A stretch of 64,000 nucleotides of DNA from Candidatus Micrarchaeota archaeon. GTDB taxonomy: Archaea > Micrarchaeota > Micrarchaeia > Anstonellales > Anstonellaceae. Every line of letters starts with the position of its first letter. Position 1 is the stretch's first letter. Below, piece after piece: positions 38,194 to 47,999 of this stretch. The notes beneath the pieces were generated by a model, which worked only from the letters and a program-made list of their open reading frames with translations, was not told the origin of the DNA and did not search any database. The stretch lies in contig JAPLWX010000040.1 in assembly GCA_026396415.1 (NCBI GenBank), forward strand, positions 25,439 through 89,438, in the 5' to 3' direction. The position numbers were made by a program, and so were the translations under genes.

Positions 38194-39369
38194 TCAGACC
38201 GGGTTCACCGCGGTGATTCTCATTATCCTGCTGCCGGCAGCCTCAAAGTCCACGCTCACGTTCATGGCGGTGACGTTCTCCTTCGGCGCGCCCGCGCCCT
38301 CTATGAGAAGCTCAATCCCGTTGGCGGACCCGATGTACTGCTTTCCGCCATTCTCAAGCACGGATGGCAGCATTATCCTCGCAGTCCATGCCTCGCTGAT
38401 TTCCGCGCTCATGTTCTGCGCCCGAAGCTCACCGAGAAGCGCCTGCGCGCTTCCGTTGGCGGAATCATTCGCAAACGTGGCAACCGAATCAGGGAACACT
38501 GCGGCGTATCCCTTCTGGAGCAAGGCCAGCCCCAGCGTCTCGCTGTCCGTGAAGTTGTTATCCACGCTTACGATGCCGGGCTGCGTGCCGGTCACGTAGG
38601 ATTTGCCAGCAAGCGCGGCGTCAAGCGCCTCCTTGCTCGCGTTTGCGACGTAGGCAAAAGACCTCTCCTTGTAGGTGGCATTCGCCGCAAGCACAAGCGG
38701 CCTTGCAGCCGCCCTGTCCTTGAACGCCACCCCCAGCATGTAAGTGGCGGAAGGCTGCAAGGAAAGCCTCGCCTCGACCATCACGCCCCTGACTGCAAGC
38801 GGCATTATCGTCACCGAGCCCATGCCTGTCACCTGCCCATCGTCCACGCGCGCTGCAAACTGCGCCTCGTGCGTGGAGCCTTCGTCGTAAACCGGGCGTA
38901 TCTGCATGCTTATGCTCGTGCCTTGCGCATCCACAGATTTCCCGCTCGTGTCGCTGACCCTCACAATATCCGAAGTGGCCAGGTAGGCAGTGGCGGTCAC
39001 CGTGGCGTTCACATCCTCGAATTCCAATGCCGCCGAAGGCACGTCCTTCGAGCTTTTCAGGCTCACCACCAGATTGTCCCCGCTCCAGACCGCGTACGTC
39101 GCTACTCCGCTGGAAACAAGCATGTCCTTCACTTTCTCAATCCCGCTTGCGTTCCCGGAAACGACAAGATAGGGCTCATACCTCACAATGGTGATGTTCG
39201 CAACCGCGTTCCCGGTAAAGCTTACCGCGGATGAGTTGCCCCCGTCCCCCGCGCCAGCCGCGCTCCTGCTGCCTGCGGACTGGAGCATGCCTATGGCAAA
39301 CGGCTCGATGATGAAAAGCACCACTATCCCGACCGCGAATATTGCAATATACAGCGTTTTCTTGTCCAT
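38194..39369 (-). CDS. Hypothetical membrane-anchored extracellular protein
   Basis: N-terminal TM, beta-rich body with many N-x-S/T sequons. Confidence 0.75.
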   Translation of the reverse strand: MDKKTLYIAIFAVGIVVLFIIEPFAIGMLQSAGSRSAAGAGDGGNSSAVSFTGNAVANITIVRYEPYLVVSGNASGIEKVKDMLVSSGVATYAVWSGDNLVVSLKSSKDVPSAALEFEDVNATVTATAYLATSDIVRVSDTSGKSVDAQGTSISMQIRPVYDEGSTHEAQFAARVDDGQVTGMGSVTIMPLAVRGVMVEARLSLQPSATYMLGVAFKDRAAARPLVLAANATYKERSFAYVANASKEALDAALAGKSYVTGTQPGIVSVDNNFTDSETLGLALLQKGYAAVFPDSVATFANDSANGSAQALLGELRAQNMSAEISEAWTARIMLPSVLENGGKQYIGSANGIELLIEGAGAPKENVTAMNVSVDFEAAGSRIMRITAVNPV

Positions 39370-39440
39370 GCGCTCACTTCCAGGGGTAATCTGTACATTA
39401 GCTTAAAAAACAGTTCCGTTTTCATATGTGCGGCGAAAAC

Positions 39441-40079
39441 ATGGCAAATGCGAAAAAAGGCGACCTGGTGAAGCTGGAATACACGGGCAGGCTCGCAAAG
39501 ACCGGGCAGGTGTTTGACACCACGGACGAGTCCATTGCGAAAAAAGCCGGCATCTGGGAATCCTCCTCCGCCTACGGGCCCAAGCACGCGCTGTTCGGGA
39601 GCGGCGCCATCATCCCGGGCATGGAGGAGGCCGTCCTGCAGTGCCAACTCGGGAAAACCGAGGACTTTGCCATTGAGCCGAAAAAGGCATTCGGCGAGCG
39701 CGACAACGCGCTCGTGCGCATGATTGCGGAAAAGGAGTTCCGCAAGCAGCAAGTCCAGCCGCAGCCCGGCATGATGGTGACTTTGGACGGTGCCATCGCG
39801 CGCGTGAAATCCGTGACCTCGGGGCGTGTGGTCATCGACTACAACCACCCCCTCGCAGGCGAGCAGGTCGTCTACTCCATAAAAGTCCACGAAATAATCA
39901 CGGACGACAGGAAGAAAATAGAGGCAATACTCTCCTCAAACGCGCTGAGCGGCGACATCTCGCAAGGAGCGGGCGGCAAGCTCATGGTCACATTGAAAGG
40001 CGCGCCCCCTGAAAAGGCCGAAGCCGCGCGCCGCACCATCTCGGCGGTGGTGCCCGGCACCGAAGTGAAATCAGCCTGA
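39441..40079 (+). CDS. FKBP-type peptidyl-prolyl cis-trans isomerase (SlyD-like, archaeal long type)
   Basis: KKGDLVKLEYTG..VFDTT, IIPGMEEAV, PKKAFGER, IDYNHPLAG. Confidence 0.93.
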   Translation: MANAKKGDLVKLEYTGRLAKTGQVFDTTDESIAKKAGIWESSSAYGPKHALFGSGAIIPGMEEAVLQCQLGKTEDFAIEPKKAFGERDNALVRMIAEKEFRKQQVQPQPGMMVTLDGAIARVKSVTSGRVVIDYNHPLAGEQVVYSIKVHEIITDDRKKIEAILSSNALSGDISQGAGGKLMVTLKGAPPEKAEAARRTISAVVPGTEVKSA

Positions 40080-40156
40080 TTTTATCCGCCTTTTTAGCCT
40101 CGGCACGCTCACCGTGCGTGCCAAGCAAAAATAAAAAAATAAGAAAAAGAAAAAAG

Positions 40157-40507
40157 CTACTTCTTCTGCGGCACGGCTTTCTTGGCGCCAAGCTCCTCAT
40201 TTATTGCATCGAGCCTTGCCTGCTCTTTTATTGCCGAGATCTTTGTAGTGGCGCATGCCGCGACGTAGCTCCCGTAGACTTCCTGCAGGTCAATGAGAAT
40301 AGCCGTCCTCTCCCCTCTTTTTGTGGTGTCTGAGAGCTGCGCCTCCAGCTTATGGATGGCTTCCTTCATTTTGCTGCATGCAGGCGCAAGCATGTATTTG
40401 TCATTGGTCTTCCACAGGCTCATCCCCACCATGTACGTGTTGAACCATTCAGTCCTCTCGCCACCCTGCCCAGCTGGCGATGAGGGGTTTTTCTTTTCCT
40501 CGCTCAT
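40157..40507 (-). CDS. Hypothetical small helical protein (last gene of island operon)
   Basis: ATG40507 overlaps the upstream TGA (ATGA); coiled-coil-like. Confidence 0.65.
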   Translation of the reverse strand: MSEEKKNPSSPAGQGGERTEWFNTYMVGMSLWKTNDKYMLAPACSKMKEAIHKLEAQLSDTTKRGERTAILIDLQEVYGSYVAACATTKISAIKEQARLDAINEELGAKKAVPQKK

Positions 40508-41427
40508 TGCTTGCATTGCATCCCCTCGATTATATCATGCACCCTGTCCTCTTTCCTTGCCTCAAAGAAGGATTTGGCGACCGCGGCCCCTGACTGGAGA
40601 ATTGCGTTCAGTGCAAGCGGAAGCCTGCCACGCGTGGCAAATCCCAGCACAAGCCCTGCAACCATGCCAATAATCGCCCCGTATCCGTGCGGGAGAAAGG
40701 GAACGGCAAAGTAGCCAGCGCCTGCGCACAAGGCTGCCAATTCAACATAGCCCGTCTCAACCTCTGCCCTGTTCTTGGAAGTGCAAAGCTCCGCGGTTCT
40801 TCCCAGCCTCCTTTGCAATTCCTTTCTGAATGCTTCGGCAAAGCCATTGGTTTCCACAAGGCATATCCTGATGGGCGCTGCAACCGAATTCGGCGCAGCC
40901 ATGCTCGTGCACTTGATGTCGCCTCGCCCGCAGTTGATTTGCCAGCTGTAATCCGTCCTGTCCCCGGTGCCCAGCATAGAGTTCTTTATCAACCGGGCAA
41001 CATAGCTTGACAGGGCATTGATATCTTGCCTGTTTTCAGGCATTTTCAGCTCTTTCCTATGGTAAACAAACTGCGCCAGCCCGTTTTCGATTGCTGCCCT
41101 GACCATGAGGGAGGCGATTTTCCTGTCGTACTCAGGCGCAAACAATATGGAATACCTGACTATCATGTCAAGGTCAAACAGGTCATACTTGCTGGAATTT
41201 CTTGCCACTGACCTAAAGAACTTTTTATTGCCCCCGTATCTGAAAGAGTCGAGGATCGTCGCCATTTCATCGTCAGAAATCCGCTCCATCCTCGCATTCT
41301 TGCCCGGCATTTCCTTCATCACCGGCTCGATTGGGCCGGACTGATGGCGCCACTTGGAGACCACAGACGCAGCATTCACTGGGGACTGACTTATGCCGCT
41401 TGCAATGGTTTTCTTTTCCTTCAGCAT
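40504..41427 (-). CDS. Leader-motif protein 1 with C-terminal Gly-rich TM hairpin
   Basis: WRHQSGPIEPVMKEMPGKNARMERI motif; LAALCAGAGYFAVPF..AIIGMVAGLVLGFA; start ATG41427 removes the overlap with the upstream gene. Confidence 0.75.
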   Translation of the reverse strand: MLKEKKTIASGISQSPVNAASVVSKWRHQSGPIEPVMKEMPGKNARMERISDDEMATILDSFRYGGNKKFFRSVARNSSKYDLFDLDMIVRYSILFAPEYDRKIASLMVRAAIENGLAQFVYHRKELKMPENRQDINALSSYVARLIKNSMLGTGDRTDYSWQINCGRGDIKCTSMAAPNSVAAPIRICLVETNGFAEAFRKELQRRLGRTAELCTSKNRAEVETGYVELAALCAGAGYFAVPFLPHGYGAIIGMVAGLVLGFATRGRLPLALNAILQSGAAVAKSFFEARKEDRVHDIIEGMQCKQ

Positions 41428-41458
41428 GTTTCCCAGCCCTTCAATCTTTTTTCGAGGC

Positions 41459-42823
41459 TTACTCGAACCACTTTCTGAGCCACTGCCACCTGCCTCCTGC
41501 CTTGCCTTCCTTGCCAACGCCTGGCTCAACAGCGACTTCATCAGGATTTATCTCGATATCCAGCGCATCATTTATGGCTGCGGGAGGCGGGATTTTCTCA
41601 TGTTTCACTTCCCACCCTGCCTCTGCTCCGAGTTGTTCCTGTTTTTCAGGGGGGATGAGCTTCAGCGCATCCTTTGCGGATTTCACATCGCGGCTGTTCC
41701 CTGACTTTGCGGCAGATGCGAATTCCACAAGCGCGATTTTCCAAAGCTCCTCCTTCTCCTGGCTTTCAGGCACTGACACGAGCGCGGCTATTGCCTCATC
41801 GATTGGCACTGCTGAAGACTCAAGCGCGGCTTTGGCAAAAGGTGGCATCCTCTCCGGGCGGACAAAAGGCAGCGCCTCCCTAGCCTTGAGAATCATTTTC
41901 TCCTCAGACCGGAGCATTTTGCAGAATGCGGAATGCATCCGGTTCCAAATGAAATTCATGCGGTTGCCGTCCTCCACCTCGCGCATGAGCTCCATCTCTT
42001 CCTTGCTGACCTTTTCCATAGGATTTTCCTTGAGCGCGTTCTGCAGGATGTTCAGCACGCCCTGCACCGTGTCGTTTCCTAACTCATTGGCAGCATGGAT
42101 GCAGGGAATCGCGAACTTCGGGCAGCCGATTTTTGCAATGTGATAAATGATTCCCGCAGGCGCGCCGTTGTTCAGAGAGGCACGCGCCATCTCATCCCAG
42201 CTTTCCTCATGCCTTTTTTTATGGCGGATTTCAAAGTCATTATTCTTTGCACTGGAATCCTTGAGCTTTTTCGAACTCTCGCCTATCCAATATCGAACCC
42301 GCTTCATGTTTTCAAGCAAGGCATCCAGCAATTCAGGCCTTGAAAGCGCATTTGCGCCCGTGAAAATATCTTCCGTATTTGAATAGCTCAGGCACCATCC
42401 TACCTGCAAATCAGCCTCGAGGGACGTTGCCGTACGGCGCGCAACTTCCATTAAGTCGGGGCGGACTGGGAGGTTGGGGGAAAGGACGCCAAGCAGCGTG
42501 CATTTCCACCCTGCGCCTTCAGCATATTTTTTGCTTCCCATGACAGCAACAGCCAGCTCCTCTATGTCCTTTGCGTTGATGTTGCCTCCTTCCCTGATGA
42601 CTTTGATGATGGCTTTCAGCCCGTCATCACTGCCGGCCTGCCTTACCAGCGCGTCAATCTCCCTTCTTGCGAGGCGCACAATCTCGATTTTCTGCACAGG
42701 CTCCTCCTTCTTTATGGGCTCCTGCCCGCCCCTCCGTCTCTTCCATGGGTTCCCGCTTCTTTGAATATCCTGCGGGCTGCCCACTGTGACATTCACAATC
42801 TCTTTCTTTTTTGGCTCAGGCAT
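41459..42823 (-). CDS. Leader-motif protein 2, helical, with amphipathic C-tail
   Basis: WKRRRGGQEPIKKEEPVQKIEIVRL motif; ends RWQWLRKWFE; TGATG coupling to the radical SAM gene. Confidence 0.8.
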   Translation of the reverse strand: MPEPKKKEIVNVTVGSPQDIQRSGNPWKRRRGGQEPIKKEEPVQKIEIVRLARREIDALVRQAGSDDGLKAIIKVIREGGNINAKDIEELAVAVMGSKKYAEGAGWKCTLLGVLSPNLPVRPDLMEVARRTATSLEADLQVGWCLSYSNTEDIFTGANALSRPELLDALLENMKRVRYWIGESSKKLKDSSAKNNDFEIRHKKRHEESWDEMARASLNNGAPAGIIYHIAKIGCPKFAIPCIHAANELGNDTVQGVLNILQNALKENPMEKVSKEEMELMREVEDGNRMNFIWNRMHSAFCKMLRSEEKMILKAREALPFVRPERMPPFAKAALESSAVPIDEAIAALVSVPESQEKEELWKIALVEFASAAKSGNSRDVKSAKDALKLIPPEKQEQLGAEAGWEVKHEKIPPPAAINDALDIEINPDEVAVEPGVGKEGKAGGRWQWLRKWFE

Positions 42824-43647
42824 CAGTTTCCCCTCATGTACTCGCAGGTGCGCGCATTCCCGCCCGCATCATAATGGATTGACGTGCCGTTCAATCCCGG
42901 GCATCCGCCCTGCTGCAGCGTTATCCCGTAGCTTGCAGAAAGAACCGGGCAGCCGGTGAATTTTCCCTTTGCCCCAAAAAAATCAGCCCCGTACGCGGCC
43001 GCATACACCAAAACCGAATCAATCTTGCCCGGAGCCAGCACAGTTGCATTTCCCCCGCCAACCGGGATATAGGGCGCTATGCCGAGCTTCAGCCCGAGCT
43101 TTTCGGAAAGCTCCACAATTCCCTTCAGCCCGCCCAGATTCTCAGCGCAAATTGTCGTGCGCAGCCAAAGCGATTCCCTGCCCAGCCTCTCCGCAAGGTG
43201 CTGCACATTGGCAAGCACGGCGTCCCATGCGTTGTTGCCTGTGAATTTTTCGTATCCAGCCGCGTCGGCAGATGGGATGTGCACCTGCAGCCTCCATTTC
43301 CCCCCATTCGCTGCAAGCGCCTGCACCACGTCCTCGCGCCACACAGTGGCGCTTGTGGAAATGTCAGCCATGATTCCCCTGGCAAAGCAGAGGTTGATCA
43401 TTTTCACTATATCCGGGTTGCACCAAGGCTCCCCCCCTTCCATTGCCGCGCTTTCAAGACTTGGATGGCTGCGAATTATCTTCTCGAATGCCGGAAAGCC
43501 AAGCATCCTCATGAGCGGCTTGGCATCGGTCCTCGAGCAGATGATGCACCTGTTGGGGCAAAAGTCGGTTATGTCCACTGTCGCCCTCCTGGCTTTGGAT
43601 GCGCCCGCTTCCGCAGCAGGAAAAGTGCACGCGCTTGTGCTGCCCAT
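42823..43647 (-). CDS. Radical SAM protein with Twitch/SPASM-like C-terminal cysteines
   Basis: CPNRCIIC (CxxxCxxC), GGEP, C-terminal CPGLNGTSIHYDAGGNARTCEY. Confidence 0.9.
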   Translation of the reverse strand: MGSTSACTFPAAEAGASKARRATVDITDFCPNRCIICSRTDAKPLMRMLGFPAFEKIIRSHPSLESAAMEGGEPWCNPDIVKMINLCFARGIMADISTSATVWREDVVQALAANGGKWRLQVHIPSADAAGYEKFTGNNAWDAVLANVQHLAERLGRESLWLRTTICAENLGGLKGIVELSEKLGLKLGIAPYIPVGGGNATVLAPGKIDSVLVYAAAYGADFFGAKGKFTGCPVLSASYGITLQQGGCPGLNGTSIHYDAGGNARTCEYMRGN

Positions 43648-45227
43648 CACTTTCCACCCCAGTCAGGCTCGCTCTCGTTCGCGCAGAAAACAGTCTCCCC
43701 TTGTTCCACCGTGGTGGTTGCGAAGTGCACGTAGTGCGCCTTCTTCTCCTCAGCCACCTTCATGCCGAATTCCATGGTCCTGTCCTTGTCCCCGTGGAGC
43801 TCGGCAATCCCCTTGGCAATCTCGACTATATCGCGCTCGCTTGTCTGGCTCTTGCCCATCTCAGCGCTTGTGGGAAGGAAAAGCCCGAATGTCACGGCAT
43901 AGCTTCCGTCCTTGCCCTCTATCACCACGTTTATGCGCTCTGTGAAGCCAAGCGACACGCAGTCGAACCTGCAGTAAGCCCCGTCCACGCCTGTCAGGCT
44001 GCCAGCCTCCTCGAGGTTCCTCTGCCTGAAGGCAAACTGGTCAAGCGCGCTTGGGAAAACAAGCTCGTGCCTGTTGCCGGTGGGCATGCGCACCGCCATG
44101 TTCTCATACAGGGGTATGCTCTCTCTCACAACTGTTGGATCTCCACGTAGAAAATGCCCTGGATTTAGCGCGTCGGGCATAGCGGGCTTCTCCGGCCCTA
44201 GGCGTATAATTTCACCCGCCGTCCCGATTACCTTTCTGCTCTCAACTCCCCCCAGCCTTGCGCCGAATTCCTTTGCAAGCTTGGTGTAATCGCACACTCC
44301 TGGCAGCTCGAACTCCACGAAGAAATAGCCGAGCTTGGCTGCCGCTGCAAGAAGGCTTTTCACCTCCCTGATGCCCTTGGCCGGTCCCCCTTCTTCGTCA
44401 GCCCTGGCGGGTTCCCTGTCGTCGTCAGGGTACCACCACTCGGAGTCTACCTTGAGCGTAATCCTGTCCGTGCTTGGCACAATCACGAGGTTGGCGTTTC
44501 CGGTTTCCCCGCGCAGCAGGTCGCCGGTTACTTCCTCATACCTTGCTTCATAGCCGTTCTCCCATTTGCTCACGCAGCAAGCGGACCATTCCCCTCCATC
44601 CTTTGCTATGTGCAGGGTGATGGTTTCCCCCGCAGCCATCTTTTTCACCCTTTCAACAGCAGCCTTGTCCAATTTTGGCTCGAATTCCTTCAGCTTCCTG
44701 ATGAACCCGTCAGCGCCCGCCTCGGGCGGAAACAGCGTCGGCTCAGGCAGGTAAAGCCCGCCATAGGCAGGCTGCAGGAAGGAGTCGTTCATCCTCTCCT
44801 GCTGCTCTGTCTCGAACCTGACTTTTAGTCCCTGGAAAATATGGAAAACGTCCTGCTGCCCTGAAAAGCCGCCGTGCAGCTGGTGCATGGCAATGAGGCG
44901 CAGCACAGTGAGCAGCTCCTTGCCGTCGTCCCTCCCTAGCCACATGTCGGTCTGAGATGTATCAAATCCCCGAAGCGCAGGCTCGTCCACAAGCGGGCCT
45001 GAAAGCGCTTTTCCCAGCCTTTCAATGAGCGGGCGCGAGACCGCGGGCATTTCCACAGCCTCGCCAAGCGAGGCGGTCTCGGCTGCAAACAGCCTGTACC
45101 TTTTCGACTCGCCGTTACCTATCCTGCAATCGGAAAGGCTCTGCTTGCGGACGCCGCGCATGCGCCCCACCACGCCGGCAAGCTCGCCCCTCAGCTGGTT
45201 CGTGGTCCAAGTGGATGAATATGCCAT
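43647..45227 (-). CDS. Hypothetical alpha/beta protein (island core)
   Basis: 526-aa ORF tightly coupled to neighbours (1-nt gap upstream, TGATG downstream). Confidence 0.8.
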   Translation of the reverse strand: MAYSSTWTTNQLRGELAGVVGRMRGVRKQSLSDCRIGNGESKRYRLFAAETASLGEAVEMPAVSRPLIERLGKALSGPLVDEPALRGFDTSQTDMWLGRDDGKELLTVLRLIAMHQLHGGFSGQQDVFHIFQGLKVRFETEQQERMNDSFLQPAYGGLYLPEPTLFPPEAGADGFIRKLKEFEPKLDKAAVERVKKMAAGETITLHIAKDGGEWSACCVSKWENGYEARYEEVTGDLLRGETGNANLVIVPSTDRITLKVDSEWWYPDDDREPARADEEGGPAKGIREVKSLLAAAAKLGYFFVEFELPGVCDYTKLAKEFGARLGGVESRKVIGTAGEIIRLGPEKPAMPDALNPGHFLRGDPTVVRESIPLYENMAVRMPTGNRHELVFPSALDQFAFRQRNLEEAGSLTGVDGAYCRFDCVSLGFTERINVVIEGKDGSYAVTFGLFLPTSAEMGKSQTSERDIVEIAKGIAELHGDKDRTMEFGMKVAEEKKAHYVHFATTTVEQGETVFCANESEPDWGGK

Positions 45228-45228
45228 T

Positions 45229-46281
45229 TCACCAACCTGCCTTCGAATCCGGGTTCAGCTTGGGTATCACGGGCAGCCTGTCCAGCGGGTTCTCCACGTA
45301 GCTGAGATTGATGCGCTGCACCACCGCGTTCCTCTCGTCAAGGTCAAGCGGGCCCTTCCTCTTCTTCTCTATCTCGCCAAACACGTTGTCAAGCGACTTT
45401 TCCACGTCAGGCATGCGCCTTAGCCTCTCCTCGCGAATCTCCTGCGAGGTATCCACGCTCGTTCCCATAGGCACCGAAACATCCTTCGGCTCCTTGTGGC
45501 TTCCCATATCGCACATCATACTTTTCGTCTCCAGCCTCACAGTGGGCTTGAGTATGGTCTTGGTCACATTGCGGTTCATGAAGTCTTCGCCCTCGTCAGG
45601 TTTCTCCTTCCCAAGTTCTTTCTGCACAATCTCGCTGGCTTGCCTGAAGGCATCAGCAGTGTCTTTGTTTGCTAAAAGCACCCGCCCACCACCAATGTCA
45701 TGCATAAGCATGTCATCTGGCAAACCAGAGTCGCCCTCCTCGGCTATAATGCTGTTCGTTGTCTCATTCACCGTGATGGTCGTGTCGTCGAGGTTCAGCT
45801 CCACTATCTCGCAAAGCTGCTTGCCCGTCATTTTCGATGCCGTTATCCTCATCAGCCTCCTGACCTCAGGGTCGTCGAGGAAAAGATCCTTGGAATGCCC
45901 TTTGTCCGTGGCTACTATGCAGGCATGCACCTCGTACGAGCGGTGGATGAGCGCGGAAAGTATGCTGGCAGGCACGTCCAGCCCCTCCCCGAGGTTCACG
46001 GTCTCAAGCCCTGTCGCAATCTCCTTGTTGAAGAATTCTGTGAGCGCCTTCATCACCTGCAGCGCGTCCATTCCCTGCTCTCCCGGGTTGTGGATTGCGG
46101 CAACGAGGAATTTCGGCACCAGGAGGGTTTTTGTCTCAAGGGTGCCGTCGCCCCTCCTGTAGGTGCACGTCCACTCCCTCATGTTCGGGTCAAGCAGCCT
46201 CTCCTGCAGGGCAGGCATTTGCCTCTGCGCCACCTGCGGGACTTTTTGGTTGCCCAACGCGTTTGCCTGGTTGAATGCCAT
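45229..46281 (-). CDS. Hypothetical acidic protein (island core)
   Basis: ATG46281 after a GGTGG RBS, 13 nt downstream of the AAA stop. Confidence 0.8.
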   Translation of the reverse strand: MAFNQANALGNQKVPQVAQRQMPALQERLLDPNMREWTCTYRRGDGTLETKTLLVPKFLVAAIHNPGEQGMDALQVMKALTEFFNKEIATGLETVNLGEGLDVPASILSALIHRSYEVHACIVATDKGHSKDLFLDDPEVRRLMRITASKMTGKQLCEIVELNLDDTTITVNETTNSIIAEEGDSGLPDDMLMHDIGGGRVLLANKDTADAFRQASEIVQKELGKEKPDEGEDFMNRNVTKTILKPTVRLETKSMMCDMGSHKEPKDVSVPMGTSVDTSQEIREERLRRMPDVEKSLDNVFGEIEKKRKGPLDLDERNAVVQRINLSYVENPLDRLPVIPKLNPDSKAGW

Positions 46282-46294
46282 CAAATCCACCGTT

Positions 46295-47857
46295 CTATCC
46301 TTTTTTCTTGTATTCCCGAATCACTTTGTACGATTCAAGGTCGTCGCCGACGCGATTTCTGATGTCGTCCCATGCGTAAGTGTCTGCCGGAGGCTTCTTT
46401 TTCATGAGCGTGTCCTTGAGCAATTCGGTCGTGACGGGCATCCCTTCATCCACAATGTCCCTAATTGCATCCTCTATCATGCGGGGGTTCACGCTCTTCT
46501 CATTCACGTACTTCATCAGCTCACTCAGGTCGACCTCGTGCCCCTTGGGCAGCTTGCTTGCGATTATGAGCTTCATGTCCTCCGGGCCGGCTTTCCCTAT
46601 GAACGCCTTCTTGAACCGGTTCAGGATTGCAGGGTCCCATCTCGATGGGTCGTTTGCGCACAATACGAACATCACGCCCGGGATCCTCTCCGAAGTCTCG
46701 GCCTTGAGCACTGACAGCCACTCGCTGCTGTACGGGCTGTCGGGGTTCAGCACACCATCCGCTTCGTCAAGTGAGAGGATGCACTTTGCCGCGTTCCTCG
46801 CGCTCTGGATGACGTTCCGCACCGCCTTTCCAGATTCGCCCTGCCACATGCTTATCAGGTGCGATGTGTTGACATTGATCAGGTTGAAGCCGAACTCGTG
46901 CGCCACTGCCTCCAGAAGCTTGCTCTTGCCATAGCTTGACGGGCCGTAAAGCACCAGCAGCGATCCTGCGTCAATCCTTGCAGCACGCCCGCAGAGCAGT
47001 TCCTTTGCAGGCTGGATGTATTCGCCCACCAAGGACTCAAGCTCGGTCCTCGGCTCTATGAAAGGCATGTCGCGGATTGCGGATGCGCGCAGCCACGACT
47101 TTGCCCTGTCAACATCGACTTTCTCCACTTTCGAAGATTTCCGCATGTCTGCCATGAAGGTGGCGGTCTGGATTATGCCGAACAGGTCGCCCGGCACATA
47201 GCCGTATGTTATTTCGGCTGCATACTTGCGCGTGTTCTCGTTCCATTCGAATTTCTTTATTTCCGCGCCCTCCACTATGGCGTTTATCATCTCGTACCTT
47301 TCAGCCTTTGTGGGCGGGATGAATTCGATGTTTATCGTGATTCTTGGCGGGCTGTTCAGCGCCTCGTCAAGCATGCCTTCCTCGTTTGTCGTGAAACAGG
47401 GGAAAAGCCCAAGGTTTTCCTTGCTCTGCGTTTGCCCGAGCAGCGATGCCAGAATTGCCCGGTTGGACTGGTTGACAGAGCCCTCGCTTCTCTTGCCCAG
47501 GTATTCTATGTCGTCAAAAAAAGGCATTGCAGTCGTGCCGCCATGTTCCTTCACATACTTGCGGGCGTCGGTCATCACCTGGACAATTGCCTCTGGGGAC
47601 TCCAGCACAGGCATTTCCCACAAAAGCGAGCCTGTTTCCTGCGCAATATACCTTACGAATTCAGTCTTGCCTGTCCTGGGCAGGCCCTTGCATAGCGTGC
47701 CGAATGTGCCGAGCTTGCCGTAGTTGCCATAATGGGTTATGGCGCTTTTTAGAAAATCAGCCTTCTCCTGAAGCCTCGGAGGGAGGAATATCCTGACTCC
47801 GGATATTTTTTTCGGCTCGATTTTGACGCTTCCGGAGCTCATGCCCGTATTCAACAT
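46295..47857 (-). CDS. Tandem (type II) AAA+ ATPase, CDC48-like, lacking N-domain
   Basis: D1 GLPRTGKT / FFDDIE / TTN..LDEAL..PPRI; D2 GPSSYGKS / pore loop SMWQGES / LSLDEAD / AN..WDPAILNRF. Confidence 0.88.
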   Translation of the reverse strand: MLNTGMSSGSVKIEPKKISGVRIFLPPRLQEKADFLKSAITHYGNYGKLGTFGTLCKGLPRTGKTEFVRYIAQETGSLLWEMPVLESPEAIVQVMTDARKYVKEHGGTTAMPFFDDIEYLGKRSEGSVNQSNRAILASLLGQTQSKENLGLFPCFTTNEEGMLDEALNSPPRITINIEFIPPTKAERYEMINAIVEGAEIKKFEWNENTRKYAAEITYGYVPGDLFGIIQTATFMADMRKSSKVEKVDVDRAKSWLRASAIRDMPFIEPRTELESLVGEYIQPAKELLCGRAARIDAGSLLVLYGPSSYGKSKLLEAVAHEFGFNLINVNTSHLISMWQGESGKAVRNVIQSARNAAKCILSLDEADGVLNPDSPYSSEWLSVLKAETSERIPGVMFVLCANDPSRWDPAILNRFKKAFIGKAGPEDMKLIIASKLPKGHEVDLSELMKYVNEKSVNPRMIEDAIRDIVDEGMPVTTELLKDTLMKKKPPADTYAWDDIRNRVGDDLESYKVIREYKKKG

Positions 47858-47907
47858 AATATCCCCCTATAGTGTCATTTCTAATAACATCCATTGCCCT
47901 CTTTTTA

Positions 47908-47961
47908 TGTGTGTCGAAAGATATATAAATAGATATCCAATTTTATACTCTTAAACACACA
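47908..47961 (-). promoter_or_regulatory. Promoter/operator element copy A (upstream of AAA operon)
   Basis: TGTGTGT-N40-ACACACA inverted repeat enclosing TTTATATA on the minus strand; 44/54 identical to 53222-53275 without gaps. Confidence 0.8.
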
Positions 47962-47999
47962 TTAAAACAAGCCCAATCCGCACTTTGCGCAATTGCATT

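Noticed and set aside
41428..41541. Longer N-terminus for the 40504 ORF (start 41541)
   Set aside because: It overlaps the upstream gene by 83 nt; ATG41427 puts the leader Trp at residue 26, matching the other four proteins.
42823..43647. Viperin-like antiviral radical SAM
   Set aside because: Lacks the viperin-type N-x-H..CNYxCxFCF signature; the motif here is CPNRCIICS.
43660..44070. JAB/MPN-like look of the C-terminus of the 526-aa island protein (SALDQF..EEAGSLTG..GIAELHGD)
   Set aside because: There is no JAMM HxH..S..D motif and no ubiquitin-like Gly-Gly-terminated partner (the WGGK end doubles as the next gene's RBS). Too weak without an HMM or structure search.
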